A stretch of 29,182 bases of DNA. Source: a virus (lineage: Duplodnaviria > Caudoviricetes). Each line of letters opens with the position of its first letter. Positions within the stretch are counted from its first letter, which is position 1. The DNA lies in IMG/VR virus record IMGVR_UViG_3300048576_000406, positions 1 through 29,182 of that record. The stretch is one strand, 5' to 3'. Under the pieces are notes generated by a model that did not search any database, was not told where the DNA came from, and worked only from the letters and a program-made list of their open reading frames with translations. Below are positions 1 through 8,171 of this stretch, piece by piece. The position numbers were made by a program, and so were the translations under genes.

Positions 1-35
1 ACACCGTCAACCAGGCGCAGCCCAAGAGCGCCTGA
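1..35 (+). CDS. 3' end of a gene truncated by the window edge (...TVNQAQPKSA*)
   Basis: Open frame with GC-rich third positions ending TGA 33-35, followed by a terminator-like hairpin. Confidence 0.5.
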   Translation, partial: TVNQAQPKSA

Positions 36-50
36 GCCACTCCTCCGACC

Positions 51-82
51 TGGGGCGGTTCCGTCGAGCCGCCCCGATTTTT
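51..82 (+). terminator. Rho-independent terminator
   Basis: Stem GGGGCGGTT (52-60) / AGCCGCCCC (67-75) followed by TTTTT (78-82), just after the stop at 35. Confidence 0.65.
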
Positions 83-100
83 CACTGGAGCCGAAACCCG

Positions 101-379
101 ATGAATATACTCCTCCTCATCCTGAAGATCTTCCCTCTGGTCCTGGCGGCGGTTCAGGCCGTCGAGCAAGCGATTCCGCTGCCTGGCCAGGGAAACAAGA
201 AGCTGGAACTCGTGCTCGACGTGCTCAAGTCGGCCTACGACGGGAGCGCGGACCTCGCGAAGCAGTTCAGTTGGGACAAACTGGTCGCCGTGGTTGTGCC
301 GATGATTGCCAAGATCGTCGATCTGCACAATGCGCTGGGCCTCTTCCCGAAGTCGGCCTCCTCCGCGAGCAAAGCATGA
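101..379 (+). CDS. Small membrane protein, phage holin-like (92 aa)
   Basis: GGAG RBS at 87-90. Hydrophobic N-terminus, then AVQAVEQ...GQGNKKLELV, resembling the 'AV.aaEq...G.G..K' pattern of LL-H-type holins. ATGA overlap with the next gene. Confidence 0.6.
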   Translation: MNILLLILKIFPLVLAAVQAVEQAIPLPGQGNKKLELVLDVLKSAYDGSADLAKQFSWDKLVAVVVPMIAKIVDLHNALGLFPKSASSASKA

Positions 380-1632
380 CCGAACTGCAGGTGGTGCGCT
401 GGCCGGTCGACAGGCTGATCCCTTACGCCCGGAATGCACGCACGCATAGTGACGAACAGGTCGCCCAGATCGCGGCGTCGATCGCCGAGTTCGGGTGGAC
501 CAACCCCATACTTGCCGGGTCCGATGGGATCGTCATCGCCGGCCACGCCCGCCTGCAGGCAGCCCGCAAACTGGGCCTGACCGAGGTCCCGGTCATCGTC
601 CTCGATCACCTCAACGAAACACAGCGGCGCGCGCTCATTCTCGCAGACAACCGTCTTGCTCTGAACGCCGGTTGGGACGAAGAGATGCTCCGCGTCGAAC
701 TTACCGCGCTCGAGGAGGAGGGCTTCAACCTCGATGTGGTCGGGTTCACCGACGCCGAGTTGGAGGATCTGCTTCGCGACGCGGATACGGCGGCGCCCGG
801 CGGGACCGATGAAGACGCCGTGCCAGAGGCGCCGGAATCCGCCGTCACCGCTCCCGGAGATGTTTGGCTGTTAGGCGACCACCGACTGCTGTGCGGTGAC
901 TCCGTCCAGATAGATGCCGTGGAGAAGGTGCTGGCCGGCGGCCTGGCTGATATGGTCTTCACGGATCCTCCGTACAACGTGAACTACGGCGCGACCATGA
1001 AGGACAAACTGCGCGGCAAGAAACGCAAGATCGCCAACGACAATCTCGGCGATGGCTTTGAGCAGTTCCTCCGCGATATCTGCGCCAACCTGCTGGCCGT
1101 TACCAAGGGCGCGATCTACGTGTGCATGTCGTCCTCGGAACTCCACACGTTGCATCGGGCGTTTACCGAGAGCGGTGGCCACTGGTCCACGTTCGTCATC
1201 TGGGCGAAGAACACGTTTACGATGGGGCGTTCGGATTATCAACGCCAATACGAGCCGATCCTCTACGGCTGGAAGGAGGGCACGGATCACTTCTGGTGCG
1301 GGGCCCGCGACCAGGGCGATGTGTGGCTCGTCAAGAAGCCGGTTTCAAACGACCTCCATCCGACCATGAAGCCAGTCGAACTCGTGGAGCGCGCCGTCTG
1401 GAACAGCAGCAAGAGCCGGGACACAGTGCTCGATCCGTTCGGCGGTTCCGGCTCGACGCTGATCGCCTGCGAGCGGTCCGGTCGCCATGCACGGCTGATT
1501 GAACTGGAGCCCAAGTACTGCGACGTTATCGTCAGGCGCTTCCAGGAGTACGCCGGCAAGGCCGCTACGCTCGAAGCGGACGGTCGCCCGTTTGCGGACG
1601 TTGCCGCCGAACGGTTGGGAGTCGCCGCATGA
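376..1632 (+). CDS. ParB-like N-terminal domain fused to an N6/N4 DNA methyltransferase (beta class), orphan phage MTase
   Basis: ATG 376 overlaps the upstream TGA. N-terminal LIPYARNARTH..FGWTNPIL..IAGHARL..ADNR (ParB/Srx); catalytic DPPY precedes HPTMKP and the SAM-binding VLDPFGGSGS. Confidence 0.93.
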   Translation: MTELQVVRWPVDRLIPYARNARTHSDEQVAQIAASIAEFGWTNPILAGSDGIVIAGHARLQAARKLGLTEVPVIVLDHLNETQRRALILADNRLALNAGWDEEMLRVELTALEEEGFNLDVVGFTDAELEDLLRDADTAAPGGTDEDAVPEAPESAVTAPGDVWLLGDHRLLCGDSVQIDAVEKVLAGGLADMVFTDPPYNVNYGATMKDKLRGKKRKIANDNLGDGFEQFLRDICANLLAVTKGAIYVCMSSSELHTLHRAFTESGGHWSTFVIWAKNTFTMGRSDYQRQYEPILYGWKEGTDHFWCGARDQGDVWLVKKPVSNDLHPTMKPVELVERAVWNSSKSRDTVLDPFGGSGSTLIACERSGRHARLIELEPKYCDVIVRRFQEYAGKAATLEADGRPFADVAAERLGVAA

Positions 1633-1791
1633 ATCGAACGCTGCCACCGGGAGTTGGCGCAAATCGAAGCCGAACTCCGCGCGGGGAATCCCGACATCCA
1701 AGGCCTGTGCCTGGCTCTCTCGGATTGGTCAGCCGAGCTTCGCATCCTTAAGAACCTTCCATGGAAAACCACGTTCTACTTCAGGTCCTGA
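1633..1791 (+). pseudogene. Short coding-like frame without a clear start (IERCHRELAQIEAELRAGNPDIQGLCLALSDWSAELRILKNLPWKTTFYFRS*)
   Basis: Amphipathic helical, codon-biased frame that exactly fills the gap after the MTase stop. The coupled ATG at 1629 is in a different frame. Confidence 0.4.
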
Positions 1792-2024
1792 TCGCCGCTA
1801 TCGGACTGGTGTCCGGCTTGATCGGGGCGTACGTCAGCCTTCAGAACCGCGCCCTGCTGGCGGAGGTGCGTCGGGAACTGGCGGAGTTAGAGAACCGGAT
1901 CATCACCCGGATCAACGGCACCTATGTGCGCGCTGGCGAGTGTCATCTCCGTGAGGAGAACATGCACGCGCGGCTGGAAGCCTTGGTGGAAGAGATCCGG
2001 AACAGAAACGCCGCCGGATTGTGA
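1761..2024 (+). CDS. Small phage membrane protein (one N-terminal TM helix plus coiled coil; holin/lysis-accessory-like)
   Basis: VLIAAIGLVSGLIGAYVSL hydrophobic stretch followed by the heptad pattern LLAEVRRELAELENRI. Confidence 0.7.
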   Translation: MENHVLLQVLIAAIGLVSGLIGAYVSLQNRALLAEVRRELAELENRIITRINGTYVRAGECHLREENMHARLEALVEEIRNRNAAGL

Positions 2025-2034
2025 GCCGGCGGCG
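2001..2034 (-). terminator. Rho-independent terminator of the antisense DUF3489 operon
   Basis: Perfect 9-bp stem CGCCGCCGG (2009-2017) / CCGGCGGCG (2026-2034), followed on the minus strand by TTTCTGTT, 19 nt after the stop at 2053. Confidence 0.7.
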
Positions 2035-2052
2035 GTGGGAGGCGGGGCCTGT

Positions 2053-2613
2053 TTACTGGGCGACGCGGTAGGCCCGGTCACCGCTTTCGGATTTGAAGGA
2101 CTCGACGCTGATGCCCATCTTCTTAGAGAGGCTGCCGGAGATGAAGCCGCGGACGCTGTGCGCCTGCCAACCGGTGGCGGACATGATGTCGGCGAGAGTC
2201 GCGCCAGCCGGGCGCTTCAGCATGTCGATGACGATGGCCTTCTTGCTGCCCTCGCGCGCCCCTTTGGGCCCCGTGGCGTCGCCTTTCGGCTTGGCCTCCT
2301 TGGTCGCCTTGGCCTTCTTCGGCGCGGCAGGGGCCGCCTGTGGCGCGGGGGTGGGCGTCAGTGCTTGGACCGCCTTCCAGATACGGGCGGCCGCCGTCTT
2401 GCGGTCGGTGAACTTCTTGACCGGCTTGAGGTCGCCGAACGGCGGTGCGCCGGCGAAGCTGTTCCAGACCTCGACCAGGCGGTCGGTAGGCCAGGTGGCG
2501 GCGAGCTTGGCGAGCTCCTTCTCGCTCGTAAATCGGGCCTGCTCCGCTGGGATCGCGTCTCCGGCGGTGTAGGCGGTGATGGTGTTGTCGGTGTCGATGG
2601 CAAACGTCGTCAT
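2053..2613 (-). CDS. DUF3489 domain protein (winged-helix-like C-terminus), 186 aa
   Basis: AAAGGA RBS before ATG 2613. C-terminal REGSKKAIVIDMLKRPAGATLADIMSATGWQAHSVRGFISGSLSKKMG..RAYRV matches the DUF3489 signature; Ala/Lys/Pro-rich linker. Confidence 0.88.
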   Translation of the reverse strand: MTTFAIDTDNTITAYTAGDAIPAEQARFTSEKELAKLAATWPTDRLVEVWNSFAGAPPFGDLKPVKKFTDRKTAAARIWKAVQALTPTPAPQAAPAAPKKAKATKEAKPKGDATGPKGAREGSKKAIVIDMLKRPAGATLADIMSATGWQAHSVRGFISGSLSKKMGISVESFKSESGDRAYRVAQ

Positions 2614-2627
2614 GGTGGTGTTCCTTT

Positions 2628-2855
2628 CTATCGGTTCATGCCGGCGAGCTTGTCGTCGGCGGTTAGGTGCAGGTTCTTGAGATAGCCGCTGGCCAGGCGT
2701 GCCCAGCCAAACGGCGTCGAGATTTCGTGGCGCGCGGCGATGCGGCTCAACTTGAACCGGTGCGTCCCGTTGTCGAACTCCTTCTTGAGGTGGCCCCAGC
2801 GGTCGAGCTTCCAGCCGTTCCGCGTGGCCCAGGCGATCAGTTCGTCGCGGGTCAT
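2628..2855 (-). CDS. Hypothetical phage protein (75 aa)
   Basis: Compact ORF packed between two other minus-strand genes; protein-like composition (MTRDELIAWATRNGWKLDRWGH...). Confidence 0.75.
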   Translation of the reverse strand: MTRDELIAWATRNGWKLDRWGHLKKEFDNGTHRFKLSRIAARHEISTPFGWARLASGYLKNLHLTADDKLAGMNR

Positions 2856-2864
2856 GTTCAGTAC

Positions 2865-3104
2865 TCACAGCCCCTTGGCGTCGACCGCGCTGCGGTCTCC
2901 CAGGTCGGCCAACACGTAGGCGAGCTGCTCGGTGATCCGGCCGAGGTCGCCGGCGTACCCCCAATCGGCGGGCTCGGCTGCCTGGCGCTTTTGGTGGTCG
3001 GCTAGGCGGCTCGCGATGCGCTTCAGCAGGTCCTGGGCTTCGGTGTGCCGTTCGGCGTAGCAGCCTGCGGCGGTCTGCTTGGTGGTCTTGGTGGTGCGTT
3101 GCAT
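2865..3104 (-). CDS. Hypothetical helical phage protein (79 aa; alternative start 3113)
   Basis: First gene of the antisense operon, helical-hairpin pattern with DWGYAGDL turn; no SD, possibly leaderless. Confidence 0.72.
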   Translation of the reverse strand: MQRTTKTTKQTAAGCYAERHTEAQDLLKRIASRLADHQKRQAAEPADWGYAGDLGRITEQLAYVLADLGDRSAVDAKGL

Positions 3105-3110
3105 CGAACA

Positions 3111-3163
3111 CATGAATCGCTTCGGTGCGCCGGAATAGCAAGGGAATCTTCTAGAGAATCTTC
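3111..3163 (-). promoter_or_regulatory. Putative promoter/operator region of the antisense operon
   Basis: Minus-strand TTGCTA (-35-like, 3141-3136) followed 17 nt later by non-canonical GATTCATG. Direct repeat GAATCTTC at 3144-3151 and 3156-3163 in the divergent intergenic gap. Confidence 0.35.
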
Positions 3164-3189
3164 GAGGCGATTGTCAGGCGAAGAAGCCG

Positions 3190-3393
3190 ATGTACACGGA
3201 CCAGCAATTGCAGGCACTACGCGACGCTCTGGCCAACGGGGTGCGCCGCGTCCGGTTCGGTGATCGAGAGATCGAATACCGGACCGTCGAGGAGTTGAAG
3301 GAAGCCATCGCCGCTGCTGAGGCGGATGTGACCAAGAACAGCGGAACGCCGGTGATCCGCCAGATCCGGGTGCAGACACAGAAGGGCTTTTGA
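3190..3393 (+). CDS. Head-tail joining protein, lambda gpW-like
   Basis: 67 aa, YTDQQLQAL..A.A.GVRRVRFGDREIEYRTVEEL motif, immediately upstream of the portal. Confidence 0.88.
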   Translation: MYTDQQLQALRDALANGVRRVRFGDREIEYRTVEELKEAIAAAEADVTKNSGTPVIRQIRVQTQKGF

Positions 3394-3398
3394 CGACA

Positions 3399-4850
3399 GT
3401 GGGATTCTGGAATCGACTCCGGGCGGTGTTGCCCAAGTTCCGTTCTGCTTCCGATTACGAAGCTGCCGCGGCCACTCGGCGCACCACCGGCTGGGCACCC
3501 TCCACGGGCGACATCAACACGCTCGTGTTCCAGAGCGTCGATACGCTGCGATCGCGTTCGCGGGACATGGTGCGCCGGAATCCCTGGGCCACTAACGCAC
3601 TCGATGCGTTCATCGGGAACTGCATCGGCACCGGGATCAAGCCGCAGTCGCAGCATCCGGACGCCTACATCAAGGAACAGATCCAGGCGCTGTGGCTGAA
3701 GTGGACCGACGAGGCGGATGCCTCCGGCCTCACGGATTTCTATGGTCTTCAGGCTCTCGCTTGCAGGTCGGTGATGGAGGCCGGTGAGTGCCTGGTGCGG
3801 CTGCGGCCGCGCTTGCCCAAGGACGGGTTGTCGGTCCCGTTGCAACTCCAGGTTCTCGAAGCCGAGCATCTGCCGACCAACGAGACGCGGAAGTTAGAGA
3901 ACGGCAACTACGTCCGTGCCGGCATCGAGTTCAACGGGATCGGCAAGAGGGTAGCCTACCGGATCTATCGAGAGCATCCCGGTGACGCGCTGAACCCGAT
4001 GGCTTCCACCGAAATCGTGCGCGTGGCGGCCGACTCGGTGCTTCATCTATTCCGGCCACTCCGTCCGGGGCAACTGCGTGGGCAACCGTGGCTGACCCAG
4101 GTTCTCATCAAGCTCTACGAACTCGACCAATATGACGACGCCGAGTTGGTTCGTAAGAAGACGGCGGCGATGTTCGCGGGCTTCGTCACAAAGAATGCGC
4201 CGCAGGATTCGCTGCTCGGTGAAGCAAATCCGGATGCGACCGGCTCCGCACTGGCGGGCCTGGAACCCGGAACGCTTCAGGTATTGCTGCCTGGCGAGGA
4301 CGTGAAGTTCTCCTCGCCGGCAGATGTGGGTGCGACTTATGAAACTTTCATGCGCGTGCAGTTGCGCTCGATCGCGGCCGGCATGGGAATCACCTACGAG
4401 CAACTAACCGGTGATCTCACTGGCGTCAATTATTCCTCAATCCGGGCGGGCCTCCTGGAGTTCCGCCGGCGGTGTGAGCAGTTCCAGCACCAGGTGATCG
4501 TCTTCCAGATGTGCCGCCCGATCTGGAGGGCTTGGATCGACGCTGCGGTGTTGAGCGGCGCGCTGCCGAAGCCGCAGGATCTCGCGCTCTATTACGACGT
4601 GAAGTGGATTCCGCCCGGCTTTGCCTGGGTCGATCCGCTGAAAGACATCAAGGCCCAGATTATGGCGGTGCGGGCTGGCTTCAAGAGCCGCGCCGAGGTT
4701 GTCTCCGAACAGGGATACGACGTCGAAGGCACCGACAGCGAAATTGCTGCCGATAACGCTCGCGCCGATTCGCTCGGTAACAAGTATGACTCCGATCCAC
4801 GAAAGGAACCGAATGCACCCGCTACCTCATCTGGCGACGCGAATCTTTGA
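3399..4850 (+). CDS. Phage portal protein, lambda family (GTG 3399; alternative TTG 3390)
   Basis: LRSRSRDMVRRNPWA, LQLQVLEAEHL, RPGQLRG.PW, YEQLTGDLTGVNYSSIRAGLLE and WVDPLKD motifs. Confidence 0.95.
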   Translation: MGFWNRLRAVLPKFRSASDYEAAAATRRTTGWAPSTGDINTLVFQSVDTLRSRSRDMVRRNPWATNALDAFIGNCIGTGIKPQSQHPDAYIKEQIQALWLKWTDEADASGLTDFYGLQALACRSVMEAGECLVRLRPRLPKDGLSVPLQLQVLEAEHLPTNETRKLENGNYVRAGIEFNGIGKRVAYRIYREHPGDALNPMASTEIVRVAADSVLHLFRPLRPGQLRGQPWLTQVLIKLYELDQYDDAELVRKKTAAMFAGFVTKNAPQDSLLGEANPDATGSALAGLEPGTLQVLLPGEDVKFSSPADVGATYETFMRVQLRSIAAGMGITYEQLTGDLTGVNYSSIRAGLLEFRRRCEQFQHQVIVFQMCRPIWRAWIDAAVLSGALPKPQDLALYYDVKWIPPGFAWVDPLKDIKAQIMAVRAGFKSRAEVVSEQGYDVEGTDSEIAADNARADSLGNKYDSDPRKEPNAPATSSGDANL

Positions 4851-6021
4851 CACGCCGCTCCTGATTGCGCCGCAGAAGCTCGAGGTGATCCTGGCGGCGC
4901 TCGCACCGCGTCTGGGAATCGAGGCTCCACCCGTCTCCGCGGCCATTTCGGTCGAGAGAGCTTCCCGCAAGCCCTACGAGGTGACACCGGACGGCATCGC
5001 CATCATTCCGGTCGAAGGGACGCTGGTACACAAGACGCGCGGCATTGATGCACTCTCGGGACTGCGTTCCTACGTGGATATCCAGCAGGAGATCGAAGAT
5101 GCGGCGACGGATCCCACAATCAAAGGCATCCTGCTCGAAATCGATTCGCCTGGCGGCGAGGTGGCGGGAGCCTTCGATGTGGCCGACACCGTATACTCGG
5201 CGCGCGCCACAAAGCCATTGGTCGCCGTTGCTAACAACGACGCGTTCAGCGCCGCCTATCTGCTCGCCTCTGCCGCGCAGCGCATCTACGTGAGCCGGAC
5301 CTCGGGTGTCGGCAGCGTTGGCGTCATCGTGAGCCACCTCGACGTGAGTGGCAACGACGAGAAGATGGGCTACCACTACACCATCGTCAGCGCCGGCGCC
5401 CGCAAGGCCGACTTCAATCCGCACGCGCCACTCAGTGAAGAGGCAAAGAGCGTATTGGAGGGAGAAATCGCGCGCACGTACGGGTTGCTGGTGAACACAG
5501 TTGCCCGCAACCGGGGATTGCCGGAGGCAGCCGTGCGTGGTACCGAGGCCGGGCTCTTCTTCGGCAGTGACGCACTCAACGTGAAGTTTGCCGATCGCCT
5601 CGGCACGCGCCAGGATGCTCTGGCAGAGCTGCGGGCCGTGATCGCACCAGCAGGAGTCTCAATTCAAACCCAAGGGAGAAACAGTATGCACGAAGAACCG
5701 CTCGCGGCGGAGCCCCAGGCCTCTGCCGTCGATCTTGACGCCATCCGCGCGGAGGCACGAAGGCAGGGCTACACCGATGCGCGGGAAATCGTGGAACTCT
5801 GCGCGCTCGCCGGAATGCCCGCCCGGGCGGCCGCGCTTCTGGCGAGGGAGGCCAGTCCCGCCGATGCGCGGCAGCACCTCATGGAGGCGCGCGCCGCGGA
5901 GGACGCAACCGAGGTCCGCTCTCACGTCATGCCCGACACCGGGACCAGCGTGAAGGCGAATCCCGAGAACAATCCGGTCCTGAAGGCCGTCGAACGCCTC
6001 GCCGGGAAAGGAGTCAACTAA
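4813..6021 (+). CDS. S49-family prohead maturation protease (gpC-like) with C-terminal scaffold region
   Basis: AAAGGA RBS before ATG 4813; IDSPGGEVAG, AFSAAYLLASAA and GVGSVGV motifs; lies between portal and decoration genes. Confidence 0.93.
   Translation: MHPLPHLATRIFDTPLLIAPQKLEVILAALAPRLGIEAPPVSAAISVERASRKPYEVTPDGIAIIPVEGTLVHKTRGIDALSGLRSYVDIQQEIEDAATDPTIKGILLEIDSPGGEVAGAFDVADTVYSARATKPLVAVANNDAFSAAYLLASAAQRIYVSRTSGVGSVGVIVSHLDVSGNDEKMGYHYTIVSAGARKADFNPHAPLSEEAKSVLEGEIARTYGLLVNTVARNRGLPEAAVRGTEAGLFFGSDALNVKFADRLGTRQDALAELRAVIAPAGVSIQTQGRNSMHEEPLAAEPQASAVDLDAIRAEARRQGYTDAREIVELCALAGMPARAAALLAREASPADARQHLMEARAAEDATEVRSHVMPDTGTSVKANPENNPVLKAVERLAGKGVN
5686..6021 (+). CDS. Nested in-frame capsid scaffolding protein (Nu3-like)
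   Basis: AAGGGAG SD (5672-5678) before in-frame ATG 5686 in a locally A-rich patch inside the protease gene; same arrangement as lambda C/Nu3. Confidence 0.65.
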   Translation: MHEEPLAAEPQASAVDLDAIRAEARRQGYTDAREIVELCALAGMPARAAALLAREASPADARQHLMEARAAEDATEVRSHVMPDTGTSVKANPENNPVLKAVERLAGKGVN

Positions 6022-6022
6022 C

Positions 6023-6397
6023 ATGCCCGTGCAATCGGAACAGAACTATCTCGGCGACTGGCTCAAGTACGAAGACGAGAGCCTCTGCAGCCGCGATGAA
6101 GTGGTGGTCGTCTCCGGCCAGAACCTGGCCACCGGTACGGTGGTTGGCATCATCACCGCGAGCGGCAAGGTGACGCAGCTCGCGCCGGCCGCCAGCGACG
6201 GTTCGCAGAATGCCGCCGGCGTGCTGCTGCTGCCGGTGGATGCTTCCTCGGCCGACAAGGGCGGCGTCATGATTGCGCGCCACGCCATCTGCTCGGACAA
6301 GAAGCTGGTCTGGCCGGGCGGCATCACCACGCCCCAGAAGACCGCGGCCATCGGCCAACTGAAGACCCTGGGCATTCTCGTCCGGGAAGGAGCCTAA
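6023..6397 (+). CDS. Head decoration protein (gpD-like)
   Basis: AAAGGAG RBS; SRDEVVV.SGQNL..GTVVG.ITASGK..A.DGSQ.AAGVL pattern; precedes the capsid gene. Confidence 0.9.
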   Translation: MPVQSEQNYLGDWLKYEDESLCSRDEVVVVSGQNLATGTVVGIITASGKVTQLAPAASDGSQNAAGVLLLPVDASSADKGGVMIARHAICSDKKLVWPGGITTPQKTAAIGQLKTLGILVREGA

Positions 6398-6400
6398 CCC

Positions 6401-7408
6401 ATGATGCTGAACCCCTTTTCGACTGACGCCTTCAACATGACGGCGCTGACCGCCGCCATCAACAAGATCCCGAACACCTACGGGCGCCTGGAGCAGTTGA
6501 ACCTGATGACGCCGCAGGGCGTGCGGACCCGCACCATCATCATCGAGGAGATGAGCGGGGTGCTGAACCTGCTGCCCACTCAGCCCGTTGGTGCGCCTGG
6601 CACTGTCGGCTCCACCGGCAAGCGCAAGGTGCGGTCGTTCGTGATCCCGCACATCCCGCACGACGATGCTGTGCTGCCCGAAGAGGTCCAGGGCATCCGG
6701 GCGTTCGGGTCCGAGACGGAGACCGACGCTCTGGCAAATCTGCTGGCGCTGAAGCTGCAGAACATGCGCAACAAGCACGCCATCACGCTCGAGTACCTGC
6801 GAATGGGCGCACTCAAGGGCGTGATTCTCGACGCCGACGGCTCGACGCTCTACGACCTCTACAGCGAGTTCGGCATCACGGCCAAGACCGTGGCCTTCGC
6901 GCTGGGCACGGCCGGCACCGAAGTGCTGCTCAAGGTGCTAGAAGTGAAGCGCCATATTGAGGACAACCTCAAGGGCGAATTCATGACGGGCATTCTGTGC
7001 CTGTGCTCGCAGGGCTTCTACGACGCCTTCACCACGCACGCGAAGGTGAAAGAGGCCTTCCAGTACTACCAGCGCAACCAGCAACTCGGCAACGACTACC
7101 GCACGGGCTTTACCTTCGGCGGTGTGACGTTCGAGGAGTACCGCGGACAGGCGACGGACGCGTCCGGCAACGTGCGGAAGTTCATCGCCGACGACGAAGC
7201 ACACTTCTTCCCGCTCGGGACGGCCAACACCTTCCGGACGTTCTTCGCGCCGGCGGACTTCAACGAGACGGCGAACACGCTGGGCCTGCCGCTGTACGCC
7301 AAGCAGGAGCCGCGGAAGTTCGGACGCGGAACGGACCTGCACACGCAGCAGAATCCGTTGCCCATCTGCCTGCGGCCGGAAGTGCTGGTGAAGGGCACGA
7401 AGACCTAA
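6401..7408 (+). CDS. Major capsid protein, lambda gpE family
   Basis: AAGGAG RBS; LTAAINKIP, IPHIPHDDAVLPEEVQGIRAFG, TLEYLRMGALKG, FGGVTFEEY and NPLPICLRP motifs. Confidence 0.95.
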   Translation: MMLNPFSTDAFNMTALTAAINKIPNTYGRLEQLNLMTPQGVRTRTIIIEEMSGVLNLLPTQPVGAPGTVGSTGKRKVRSFVIPHIPHDDAVLPEEVQGIRAFGSETETDALANLLALKLQNMRNKHAITLEYLRMGALKGVILDADGSTLYDLYSEFGITAKTVAFALGTAGTEVLLKVLEVKRHIEDNLKGEFMTGILCLCSQGFYDAFTTHAKVKEAFQYYQRNQQLGNDYRTGFTFGGVTFEEYRGQATDASGNVRKFIADDEAHFFPLGTANTFRTFFAPADFNETANTLGLPLYAKQEPRKFGRGTDLHTQQNPLPICLRPEVLVKGTKT

Positions 7409-7410
7409 GC

Positions 7411-7716
7411 ATGAGCAGTTGGGAGTCGGCGGTAGGTGGACTGAACGCGGCCGTCGTGAATGCGTTCGGCCGCGACATCCTCTACCTGCCCGAGGCCGGA
7501 GGGCAGGCCTCGGTCCGCGCGGTGTTTCAGGCGGTACGGGAAGCCGAGGACGCCTCGCCGGGCGTCTATGCGGTGCTGTTTGTCCGGCTGGCGGACTTGG
7601 CTGCGGCGCCCGTTCGTGGCGACGAGGTAGAGATCAGCGGTGCCCGGTACAAGGTGTTCGACATCGAAGCGGACGCCGAGGGTGCCGCCGTGCTGAAGCT
7701 CCGACAGGTGAGTTGA
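7411..7716 (+). CDS. Head-tail connector/head closure protein (gpFII-like)
   Basis: 101 aa from ATG 7411 directly after the capsid gene; beta-rich with P.RGDEVEI.G.RY.V motif. Confidence 0.75.
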   Translation: MSSWESAVGGLNAAVVNAFGRDILYLPEAGGQASVRAVFQAVREAEDASPGVYAVLFVRLADLAAAPVRGDEVEISGARYKVFDIEADAEGAAVLKLRQVS

Positions 7717-8171
7717 TGCCCAGCGTCCGGGTCTACCAGAAGAAGCAACTCCGGCTCGATCTGCTCAACTTCCGCCAACAGCAGATGTACGAACTGGGCG
7801 GCACGGGTGTCACGGCGGTGAAGGCGCGACTGGGGGCAGCGCAGGGTCCCGGCGACAGCGCCGCCAAGCCACTCACCAAACGCTACGCGATCTTCAAGAC
7901 GCGGAAGGGTAAGGGCAATCGGCGCAACCTGACTTTCACCGGCGACCTGCTCCGCAACTTTCAGGTGCGCACGGTGAGCGAGAACCGAGCCAAAGCCAGC
8001 GTCTCGACGCGCAAGGACCGCATCAAGGCCTGGGCCAACCAGAAGCGGGAGGAGTGGATGGTGTTCTCGCCGAAGAACAAGGCCGTCGTCGTCGAGGCGG
8101 CGCGGAAGATGCTGGACGCGATGAAGCCGCGCCTGCTGGTGGAGAAAGTCCTCGGAGGCAAGCAGCGATGA
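7716..8171 (+). CDS. Tail completion / virion morphogenesis protein
   Basis: TGATG coupling; very basic with KPLTKRYA..K and RNLTFTGDLL (L..TG.L motif of neck/virion morphogenesis proteins). Confidence 0.7.
   Translation: MPSVRVYQKKQLRLDLLNFRQQQMYELGGTGVTAVKARLGAAQGPGDSAAKPLTKRYAIFKTRKGKGNRRNLTFTGDLLRNFQVRTVSENRAKASVSTRKDRIKAWANQKREEWMVFSPKNKAVVVEAARKMLDAMKPRLLVEKVLGGKQR

Noticed and set aside
271-375. ORF-track upstream starts for the MTase (271), protease (4699), connectors (6997, 7419, 8054), chaperone (9738) and LamG-like gene (15676)
   Set aside because: They overlap upstream genes extensively; downstream starts with SD sequences or stop/start coupling fit better.
376-1632. Restriction-modification system
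   Set aside because: No cognate endonuclease nearby; ParB-fused MTases are common orphan genes in phage packaging regions.
2614-3141. N-terminal extension giving a 362-aa ORF (2053-3141)
   Set aside because: The Arg/Pro-rich extension overlaps two better ORFs in other frames, and a clear SD precedes ATG 2613.
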